Shown here: positions 8,101 to 15,414 of the stretch, piece by piece
Layout of the letters: each line of letters starts with the position of its first letter
Position numbering within the stretch: position 1 is the first letter of the stretch
Assembly (NCBI GenBank): GCA_048885535.1
Contig: JBHLLO010000061.1
Coordinates: 1-18,672 of the forward strand
Length of the DNA: 18,672 bases
Direction of reading: 5' to 3'
From: Candidatus Hermodarchaeota archaeon
GTDB taxonomy: Archaea > Asgardarchaeota > Lokiarchaeia > Sigyniarchaeales > SOKP01
Translations under genes and position numbers: made by a program
The notes under the pieces: model-generated
What the model saw: the letters and a program-made list of their open reading frames with translations, nothing else
Database searches by the model: none
Told to the model about the DNA's origin: nothing

Positions 8101-10353
8101 TTGATTATGATTAATTGGATAATTGCAGTTTTTTATTTTCTTGATATTTATGGGATTTTATCTTTAGAACAAATAGTAGCAATTAACTTACCTCTCATAT
8201 TGATTTGCCGAGGATTGTACATCGCTGTATATATTATTAATTATTCTAAAAACTTTAACAAGGAGCTTTCAGAAAGAGAAAAATTATTTACAAACAAAGA
8301 GATATTATACTTCAGTTTAAAGCAAGGGCTTATTGTTATGTTTGGCATGATATTTTTACCAATAACTATCTTTATATCTTTCTATTCGCTAATGATGACC
8401 GGAAACTATATTAAACAAGTTGGAGTTAGGAAAAGTATAAAAATTTTAAAGGTTATTGGAACTTTAATTAGTATAATAGCACCAATTGGGGGTATAGCTT
8501 GGTATACTTTCGGAAATCCAGATTATTATGCTTTAGCAGCATTAGGATTGAGTGTGTTGATTTACTTCTATTATGGCATAAGAATCTCATCTCTCTCACT
8601 ATCGGCATTAATAGATAAGTACAAAAAGAGAAAAATTGAAAAAATTCCAAGAATCATAACTTTTTTTGTTATGATTTCTCTGATGATCTTTCCTCTAACT
8701 ATTATTATCGGCACCGCTGTTTATAAACCCGAAATTAAGCAAACATATATGGTTCCTATGAGAGATGGCGTTCGTTTAGCTACAGATGTTTATTACGCTC
8801 CAGGATCATTTGGAACGTCAAGACCAGTGATCTTAATAAGGACTCCATATGGCAAGTCAGGTTGGGCAGATGATTTGTATCTTCCCTTTTACTTACTCCA
8901 AGATTATCATGTAGTTATACAAGATCTTAGAGGCACTCATGGTTCTGAAGGAGGAGATAAATCATTGCTTTTCATAGAATCTTATCATGATGGTGTTGAT
9001 ACAATAAATTGGATACGTGATCAACCTTGGTGTAATGGAAAGATAGCTAGTGCGGGAGTTTCTGCTCTTTGCATAAATCAATACTTTTACGCTGGAATGA
9101 ATCCAGAAGGTTTATTGGCCCAGCAACTATGGTTTGGAACCCCTGAGTTGTATGACCATGCTATCTATCAAGGATCATACCATAAATCATCAGTTGAAAC
9201 ATGGATTAAAAGTACTTCCCCTAATAATTGGCAATACCAACTAGATACAATTTTTAAGTACATACCAAAAAATGAAATAATGTATAATTCGACTTCTTTA
9301 TCAATTCAAATTGGGCCTCGTTATTCAAATATCTCAGTTTATGGAATTCATGTCGGAGGGTGGTATGATCATTTTCTTCAAGGAACTTTAGATGGATACG
9401 TTGGTTATGATGATCATGGAAAAATAAGAGCTCAAGGACATCAAAAACTAATTATGGGACCATGGACTCATGGCTCTATTTATGGAGGAAAACAAGGAGA
9501 GTTAACATACCCTAAGAATTCAAATGGCTTTGATTTAATTTTTAATTGGGAACAAGAAGTTTTTGATGAGGCGCTTTTAGGTATTCCAGCAAACTGGGAT
9601 GATGCTAGAGTCGCTTATTATTTGATGGGCCCTGTTACAGAGGGCTCTAATAAATGGAATTATTGGAGGTATGCGTATGATTGGCCTTTAGATCATGTTG
9701 ATGATCAATGGTTTTTCAGTGCTGATGGAGGGCTTAGCAATATATCTGCAGGTACAACCAATTATAACTTCTCTTATTTATTTGATCCTAGAAATCCTGT
9801 TCCAAACCTTGGCGGACAGAATCAACCCTTTGATTTAGCAGGTCCTATGGATCAAACTTCAGTTGAGACAAGAGAAGATGTGTTGATATTTCAAACACCA
9901 ATATTGACTGAACCTATTGAGGTAGTGGGAAGGATATGGGGGCATTTATTTGTTGCATCAAATTGCACAGATACAGATTTTACGATAAAAATAACAGATG
10001 TGTATCCTGATGGGCGGTCAATGTTAGTAACTGATGGATCTTTAACAGTTAGGAGTCGATATAATTATACAACCGATGTTTTTATGTCAGGTAATCAATT
10101 AGATGTCTATGAATTATGGGTTGATTGTTGGTCAACAGCATATTATTTTGCACCGGGACATAGAATACGCGTTGCAATCTCAAGCTCAAATTATCCACGA
10201 TTTGACATAAATCCGAATACCGGAACACCTTTAGCTTATAATTATTTAAATTATAACATTGCAAATAATACTTTACTTGTAGGACCTATGTATAATTCAA
10301 GCATTATTCTGCCAAGATTGGTTAATATGAGTGATACTCATACTATTTATTAA
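8101..10353 (+). CDS. CocE/NonD family hydrolase (peptidase S15-like) fused to an N-terminal multi-TM domain
   Basis: MRDGVRLATDVY, RTPYG, QDLRGTHGSEG, QPWCNGKI, GVSAL nucleophile elbow, GGWYD, GPWTH and GHRIRVAISSSNYPRF. The first ~205 aa are hydrophobic helices. The start may be ATG 8107. Confidence 0.92.
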   Translation: MIMINWIIAVFYFLDIYGILSLEQIVAINLPLILICRGLYIAVYIINYSKNFNKELSEREKLFTNKEILYFSLKQGLIVMFGMIFLPITIFISFYSLMMTGNYIKQVGVRKSIKILKVIGTLISIIAPIGGIAWYTFGNPDYYALAALGLSVLIYFYYGIRISSLSLSALIDKYKKRKIEKIPRIITFFVMISLMIFPLTIIIGTAVYKPEIKQTYMVPMRDGVRLATDVYYAPGSFGTSRPVILIRTPYGKSGWADDLYLPFYLLQDYHVVIQDLRGTHGSEGGDKSLLFIESYHDGVDTINWIRDQPWCNGKIASAGVSALCINQYFYAGMNPEGLLAQQLWFGTPELYDHAIYQGSYHKSSVETWIKSTSPNNWQYQLDTIFKYIPKNEIMYNSTSLSIQIGPRYSNISVYGIHVGGWYDHFLQGTLDGYVGYDDHGKIRAQGHQKLIMGPWTHGSIYGGKQGELTYPKNSNGFDLIFNWEQEVFDEALLGIPANWDDARVAYYLMGPVTEGSNKWNYWRYAYDWPLDHVDDQWFFSADGGLSNISAGTTNYNFSYLFDPRNPVPNLGGQNQPFDLAGPMDQTSVETREDVLIFQTPILTEPIEVVGRIWGHLFVASNCTDTDFTIKITDVYPDGRSMLVTDGSLTVRSRYNYTTDVFMSGNQLDVYELWVDCWSTAYYFAPGHRIRVAISSSNYPRFDINPNTGTPLAYNYLNYNIANNTLLVGPMYNSSIILPRLVNMSDTHTIY

Positions 10354-10367
10354 TTTTTTTTTAATTT

Positions 10368-11162
10368 TTATTTGATTTTAGCTAATATTCCTTTCGATTT
10401 TAACAAATTAAAATACTTTTTTACATGTTTATTTCGATTCTTTTCACTTAAACCATTTATGTACTCACTACTAATCCTATAATCGGCGTATCGACCCTCA
10501 GGGGGTTCTTCTAAATAAAGCTTCGGGCTCCGCTTTAGTCCAAATATTAACATAACAAATAAAAAAATTACTGAAAAAAGATACCAACCATCTAAATTTA
10601 AATTCTGAAAAAAAATACAGATTTGAAAAAAACAGATTAGTATTATTGTAATAATAACAGCAACATAACCTATTTTGCATATTAATGTTTTTCGATATCT
10701 AACATCCCAATATCGACCATGATAACCATCTGAGGTACTTCGAAATAAATTAATATAAAGGGCAAATCGTTCTTTTTTCCAGGGAATTTTTCCCCACATT
10801 ATTCCATCTCCCGATGAAATCGAATCAAAAGTAAAGTGCCCTATATAAATACCTATAACAGGAACTAGGAAATATTCAATATATAAATTAAAAATAATAC
10901 TGAATCCTAAGGCGATAATCAAAGGAGTGTAACTTAAGGGCCAGTGAGTCCAATAATGAAAATGATGTTGATATCCTGTACTAGAATTTTTTGCTTTTCG
11001 GTTTTTAATAATCCAATATAATGTATCAAAATCAGGAAATATTCCGAAAAAAATTATTAAAAGCGTGAGGAGCGAGGGTAAGATAAAAATTTTTTTCCAT
11101 ATCACAAAAACTAAGTAATAGACTAAAAATGAGTAGGCGCCATGTTGTTCAGGTCTAGACAT
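10368..11162 (-). CDS. Membrane-bound metal-dependent hydrolase (YdjM-like)
   Basis: N-terminal His, FPDFD, HH...THW and GHFTFD motifs with TM helices. Confidence 0.7.
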   Translation of the reverse strand: MSRPEQHGAYSFLVYYLVFVIWKKIFILPSLLTLLIIFFGIFPDFDTLYWIIKNRKAKNSSTGYQHHFHYWTHWPLSYTPLIIALGFSIIFNLYIEYFLVPVIGIYIGHFTFDSISSGDGIMWGKIPWKKERFALYINLFRSTSDGYHGRYWDVRYRKTLICKIGYVAVIITIILICFFQICIFFQNLNLDGWYLFSVIFLFVMLIFGLKRSPKLYLEEPPEGRYADYRISSEYINGLSEKNRNKHVKKYFNLLKSKGILAKIK

Positions 11163-11228
11163 TTTACTAATCCAGTTTTTAGTTAAAAAAAATCAGAAAA
11201 GCAAGGTTCATTTAAAACTAAGTAACTT

Positions 11229-11684
11229 TTAATTGCTTAAATAAACTACTACCAAGCCGTCAATATTTTTAGTAGCTCGAACCTTTATTTTTCTCGGAGG
11301 ATTTTGAATTCCACGTTTCCATATGAATTCGTTCACTTCCTGAGAGATGACTAAAGATTCTGGTTTAAAATGTCGTTTCATAAATTCTCTAAGAAATCGC
11401 ACACTTTTTTTAGCCCATTTAGTACGTGGACCTCTTCTAGCTTTTGCTAAAGGAACTATGTATATTCTTTCATCGATGATTTCCTCTTTTGGGGCTTCCT
11501 CTTCAACTTCTTCAATTTCTTCTATCGCTTCTTCAAAAACTTCCCCAACTTCCTCTTCCTCAGTAATATCATCTAAACTAAATTCTTCAATTTCTTCAAT
11601 TTCTTCTGGTTCCTCAGGTAATTCTTCAGTTAATTCCTCTTCCAATTCGTCTAGACTTACTTCCTTACTTTTTTTTTTTCCCAT
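11229..11684 (-). CDS. rpl31e: 50S ribosomal protein eL31 with a long acidic N-terminal extension
   Basis: ERIYIVPL...KWAKKSVRFLREF.KRH...VNEFIWKRGIQNPPRKIKV core; about 60 Glu-rich residues precede it. Confidence 0.96.
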   Translation of the reverse strand: MGKKKSKEVSLDELEEELTEELPEEPEEIEEIEEFSLDDITEEEEVGEVFEEAIEEIEEVEEEAPKEEIIDERIYIVPLAKARRGPRTKWAKKSVRFLREFMKRHFKPESLVISQEVNEFIWKRGIQNPPRKIKVRATKNIDGLVVVYLSN

Positions 11685-11709
11685 ATAAAACCATCCTTTT
11701 TAATTTAGT

Positions 11710-11871
11710 TTAATCCCGCTTTAAACGAGTATTCCTCCACTCTCTTCTGGAGTAGGGACTTGTTCTTACACGCCCTTTTGTTCTTCTTATTATCCAATTA
11801 GGGACAGATTTCGTTTGTTTAGAATTTTTAGCTCTTCTTAATTTTGAAGGTAAATCCTTATTTCTCGCCAT
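11710..11871 (-). CDS. rpl39e: 50S ribosomal protein eL39 (missing from the ORF track)
   Basis: Manual translation MARNKDLPSKLRRAKNSKQTKSVPNWIIRRTKGRVRTSPYSRREWRNTRLKRD* (53 aa); canonical position between PDCD5 and rpl31e. Confidence 0.95.
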   Translation of the reverse strand: MARNKDLPSKLRRAKNSKQTKSVPNWIIRRTKGRVRTSPYSRREWRNTRLKRD

Positions 11872-11888
11872 ATTAATCAACTATATAC

Positions 11889-12230
11889 TTATTTCTTAAT
11901 TTTAAATTCTTTTTTGTTTTCCATTGAGGAAAGTTGTTCTAATAATTTTTTAAATGCTTTATCTGGTAAAGGGATTGATCCTTTTAATCTTCCTGCTTGA
12001 AATAATTGAATTAATTGTAATTCTATCTGTTCAGCATATTGAGGTTTTATCATTCTAATATTTTCTAATCTCTGCCTTCCCTCTGGGCTTAAAATCAACC
12101 TCATGATTTGATATTTTTTGGTTTCATACTCTCTTTGTTGCTGTTCTGCTAATTGTTTTTGAATTGCTTGCTGTTGTAACTCTTCCAATTTCTTTTTTCT
12201 GATATTTCTTAATTGCTCTTCGTCACTCAA
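11889..12230 (-). CDS. PDCD5/TFAR19-like DNA-binding protein
   Basis: LRNIRKKKLEELQQ...LILSPEGRQRLENIRMIKP..AEQIELQLIQL..AGRL; synteny after rps19e; TTG start. Confidence 0.93.
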   Translation of the reverse strand: MSDEEQLRNIRKKKLEELQQQAIQKQLAEQQQREYETKKYQIMRLILSPEGRQRLENIRMIKPQYAEQIELQLIQLFQAGRLKGSIPLPDKAFKKLLEQLSSMENKKEFKIKK

Positions 12231-12272
12231 AATTGATCCCCAAAGAAAAATTAATTAGAATATTAATTATTC

Positions 12273-12695
12273 CTATTGTTTTCTCAACAAATTATGTGCT
12301 ATTCTTTCTAAAAGACTGATTCCTTCAGGTGATACTATTCTTCCAGTCCTTTCTTCTTTTAATATTAAATTTGCATTTTCTAATTGTTGAAGTGCAACCC
12401 TAATAATTTTACCACTTCCTCTTTTACTATGATGCAATCCTTTGCCTTTTCGACTTCTCCCTCCATAGTGTTTTCTAAGCTTATTTACCCCAATAGGTCC
12501 AAATTTTCTTATTTTTCGCAACAATGAAGCACATCGCATGTACCAAAAATTTTCTGAATCTACAGGGGCTACTTCTTTAAAGAATGCTGTTTTCCAAAAT
12601 TGACTTCCTTCTGGAGGTTTAATCTCAGGGTATTCCTTTAATTTTTCTGCGATTGACTTGATAAGTTTTGCTGGTTCAACGATATATATAGACAT
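12273..12695 (-). CDS. rps19e: 30S ribosomal protein eS19
   Basis: WYMRCASLLRKI...PIGVNKLRKHYGG...GSGKIIRVALQQLE...GR.VSPEG.SLL. Confidence 0.97.
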   Translation of the reverse strand: MSIYIVEPAKLIKSIAEKLKEYPEIKPPEGSQFWKTAFFKEVAPVDSENFWYMRCASLLRKIRKFGPIGVNKLRKHYGGRSRKGKGLHHSKRGSGKIIRVALQQLENANLILKEERTGRIVSPEGISLLERIAHNLLRKQ

Positions 12696-12772
12696 GCTAA
12701 TCTTTAATTAAATCTTTCTTTAATATTATTTATTAGATGTAAAAAGTTTAAATAAATTAAAAATTTTTTGGA

Positions 12773-13084
12773 TTGCCGATGGATTATCGAGAAGTATTTA
12801 AAAAGGTATTATTATCAAGAGCTCATTGTAATTTAGGAAAAGATGGAATTACTGCTGAATTCATTGCTTATGTAGTAAAATTATTGAAAAAATATAAAAT
12901 TATAAAAATTAAAGCGTTAAAGTCCATCGCAATGAAGTCTGATATTGATAGTTTAGCAAGTGACATCTCAAAATTAACAAATTCTTATATCTTGGATATC
13001 CGAGGCAAACAGATTATATTATCCAAATATCCAATTAGTAGAAAAGAGTTGAAGCGTTCAAGTAAAAATTTATATAATGCCTAG
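12773..13084 (+). CDS. YhbY/CRM-domain RNA-binding protein
   Basis: LGKDGIT.EFI......LKKYKIIKIK.LKS and DIRGKQIIL signatures. The start is more likely ATG 12779. Confidence 0.8.
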   Translation: MPMDYREVFKKVLLSRAHCNLGKDGITAEFIAYVVKLLKKYKIIKIKALKSIAMKSDIDSLASDISKLTNSYILDIRGKQIILSKYPISRKELKRSSKNLYNA

Positions 13085-13409
13085 TAAAAGATTTAATTCA
13101 GGAATTGTGAAACAAGTGGCAAAAGTAAGAATGAATTACTTACTTACAAAAGCTCATGAGATATTTCCATATAATCGAAATTTAGCAAACAGATACGTTT
13201 ATTTAGCAAGGAGATATTCTCAGAGGGCAAAAATAAAAATCCCAAATGACTGGAAAAGAAGAATATGCAATAAGTGTAAAAGATTTCTTTATCCCGGACT
13301 AAATTGTCGAATAAGATTGCATTCTCTGAAAAAAGCAACCCATATCTCAATGACATGCTTTGATTGTAATAAAACAACACGTTATTATATTAAAACAAAA
13401 AACATTTAA
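13077..13409 (+). CDS. rnp4: Ribonuclease P protein component 4 (Rpp21)
   Basis: LANRYVYLARR, KRRICNKC...PG.NCRIR and TCFDC...RY zinc ribbon. Confidence 0.94.
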   Translation: MPSKRFNSGIVKQVAKVRMNYLLTKAHEIFPYNRNLANRYVYLARRYSQRAKIKIPNDWKRRICNKCKRFLYPGLNCRIRLHSLKKATHISMTCFDCNKTTRYYIKTKNI

Positions 13410-13460
13410 TTGGGAGCTATAAATTTCTTTTAAAAAATTATATAGAATCATATTAGTATT

Positions 13461-14135
13461 ATGGTATTAAATTTATTTTTAGTAGATTGTGGATTAGAAC
13501 TTATTCCTAAAGAAATTAGAGATCATCCTTCTGTAAAAAAAAATATTAAAAGTAAGAATTATTCCTCCCAAGTTCTAGATAATTCATTACACCACTCTGC
13601 CATGGTTAAATTAAATAATTTCGGAAAGAGAGGTCGTCCAGATATTCTTCATAATTGCCTTCTTAATGCACTTGGATCTCCATTAAACAAAAACAATCTA
13701 TTAAAAATTTACTTTCATACAATCAATAATCGATTTTTTGAATTAAATCCTGAGATAAGGATATCACGTAATTATAATAGATTTAAAGGTCTAATTGCCA
13801 AGTTATTAATAGATGGGAGCATACAATTTGAGGATAATTTTCTAATTAAAGAAATTGAAACAGAACTAGGAGATATGATAAATTCAATTAAAAATAGAGA
13901 GATTTTTTTGTTCTCAAGCAAAGGTATTCTAATCCAGCGCCACTTAGATTTATTCCATAGAAATTTATCGAAGAACTACATTGCAGTAATAGGAGGTTTC
14001 CAAAAAGGTACTTTTTCAAAAGAAATCTTAGAATTAAGTAATAATCTAATCTCAATTTCCCAATATGCATTAGATGCTTGGATTGTTGTAAATAAAGTTA
14101 TTAGTTTTTATGAAATTATTAATAATATAAAATGA
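13461..14135 (+). CDS. nep1: Nep1/Emg1 SPOUT rRNA pseudouridine methyltransferase
   Basis: LDNSLHHSAM, KRGRPDILH..LLNALGSPLNK, RNYNRFKGL and IGGFQKG motifs. Confidence 0.95.
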   Translation: MVLNLFLVDCGLELIPKEIRDHPSVKKNIKSKNYSSQVLDNSLHHSAMVKLNNFGKRGRPDILHNCLLNALGSPLNKNNLLKIYFHTINNRFFELNPEIRISRNYNRFKGLIAKLLIDGSIQFEDNFLIKEIETELGDMINSIKNREIFLFSSKGILIQRHLDLFHRNLSKNYIAVIGGFQKGTFSKEILELSNNLISISQYALDAWIVVNKVISFYEIINNIK

Positions 14136-14201
14136 AGTTCAAGAAAGCAGTAAAGTTATAAGAAATGTTATCTTTTTTATCATGCTATTTATAATACCAA
14201 C

Positions 14202-14301
14202 GCGTCGTTGGTCTAGATCCGCATAGAATACTTAACGGAGGAAAATGGTAGGATCTCGGCCTTCCAAGCCGGTGACCCGGGTTCAATCCCCGGACGACGC
14301 A
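14202..14301 (+). tRNA. tRNA-Gly(TCC), intron-containing; join(14202..14216,14246..14301), 71 nt, CCA not encoded
   Basis: Acceptor GCGUCGU/ACGACGC with discriminator A; anticodon arm UCGGC-CUUCCAA-GCCGG; T arm CCGGG-UUCAAUC-CCCGG; D stem GUCU/GGAU with loop AGUGGUA after splicing. Confidence 0.96.
14217..14245 (+). other. 29-nt tRNA intron at non-canonical position 15/16 (D-loop)
   Basis: Inner helix UCCG(14218-14221)/CGGA(14236-14239), bulge AGA(14215-14217), imperfect central helix GUCU/GGAA and bulge AAU(14244-14246). Removal gives a canonical 7-nt D-loop. Confidence 0.85.
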
Positions 14302-14306
14302 TTTTT
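14302..14306 (+). terminator. Oligo-T tract immediately after the tRNA, candidate archaeal terminator
   Basis: TTTTT directly 3' of the discriminator base. Confidence 0.4.
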
Positions 14307-14471
14307 AGCATCATGATAAAAAATATAAATCGCAAGATAGTTATATTCATCGTGAGACGATGATATAACATAAAAGAAGTAAAAAGTATATATTATGCTG
14401 ATGTCATGCTAGTCTCATTAATTTTGCGTGAAATCAAGTTTTCACGATGAATTTAAAAAGATTGATGAAAA

Positions 14472-15209
14472 TCATTCAAATTTCCTAGTATACTCCTTTA
14501 GATTATCAGGAGGCCATGCTTTTGAGGTACTGCCAATTCGAGTGAAGCGATGATCACACCCTGAAGCACCATTCGCGATAGTTTTAGTACGCGAGAATCC
14601 AAATCCCAGAATGTGTGCGTAAGCAAAATCAAGAAGGCAAGCAAAGGGCACATATCTCTCAGCTCCTAATTTCTTGTAAGCCTTAAGAATTCCGCATTCA
14701 GAAACATTCAACCCAAAATCAAATTCTTCATTAGTGCCATCCACAAATTGCATAACCCAATCATCAGGATATTTCCTTTTCTGTGAAATCTCACAATGTC
14801 TCTTTAGAGGTTTAATATAAGCATCACTAAAGATGATATCTAAAAGATTTCCTCCACTCTTTTCTACTCTTTCCATTTCTTTTTTTGTTTCTATCTCTTT
14901 ATACGTATTACTAAACTCACCAATTTCTCGATAAGTGTATCCTTCCTTTTCAAGGATGCGAAACATTGCCAATAAAGAAACTTTATTTGTAAGAGTTGAA
15001 ATGAATGGATTCTTACTTCCTCCGATATCAGTCATTTTGGTAAGAATATCTTCATACTCCTTCCTCATTTGATTCATCAAAGCTTCAGATTTGGATTCAA
15101 TGAATCTCTCTGCTAAAATATCTTTAGCAATTTTTAAAGATAATTCAAATTGTTTCATTAACCTTGGTTTATTCTTAATATAATAATCTTTACCATTTCC
15201 AGTTGGCAT
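14472..15209 (-). CDS. L-2-amino-thiazoline-4-carboxylic acid hydrolase-like family protein
   Basis: FDFGLNVSECGI.K.Y..LGAE....FAC.LDF......GFGFSRTKTIANGASGCDHRF, the three-Cys signature of this family. Confidence 0.85.
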   Translation of the reverse strand: MPTGNGKDYYIKNKPRLMKQFELSLKIAKDILAERFIESKSEALMNQMRKEYEDILTKMTDIGGSKNPFISTLTNKVSLLAMFRILEKEGYTYREIGEFSNTYKEIETKKEMERVEKSGGNLLDIIFSDAYIKPLKRHCEISQKRKYPDDWVMQFVDGTNEEFDFGLNVSECGILKAYKKLGAERYVPFACLLDFAYAHILGFGFSRTKTIANGASGCDHRFTRIGSTSKAWPPDNLKEYTRKFE

Positions 15210-15414
15210 TATATGATAAGTTAAATTTAGAAAATCTAATTATTGGATTAATTGAAAACCAAGAAAAGGTAATTATTAAATTTAATTCTATTTCATAATT
15301 TCTCTTAAATTAAATCTTATGACGATGATTTCACGAAAGATTCTTCTTACATATCGTTGGATAATTAATTTTCTCTTATTTTCGAATTCTATTCAAATTG
15401 TATAAATGTTCGGT

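Noticed and set aside
8468-10680. Short minus-strand ORFs 8468..8650, 10082..10264 and 10498..10680
   Set aside because: Nested within well-supported genes (antisense or alternate frame); no recognisable features.
11347-11688. 113-aa Ser-rich plus-strand ORF
   Set aside because: Mirror of the GAA-rich acidic tail of rpl31e on the opposite strand.
13144-14070. Minus-strand ORFs 13144..13380 and 13888..14070
   Set aside because: Antisense shadows of rnp4 and nep1.
14356-14405. C/D-box sRNA candidate (CGATGA ... CTGA with GAC/GTC ends)
   Set aside because: The C box is imperfect, there are no C'/D' boxes, the interior is almost pure A/T, and the C-like box is already explained by a palindrome.
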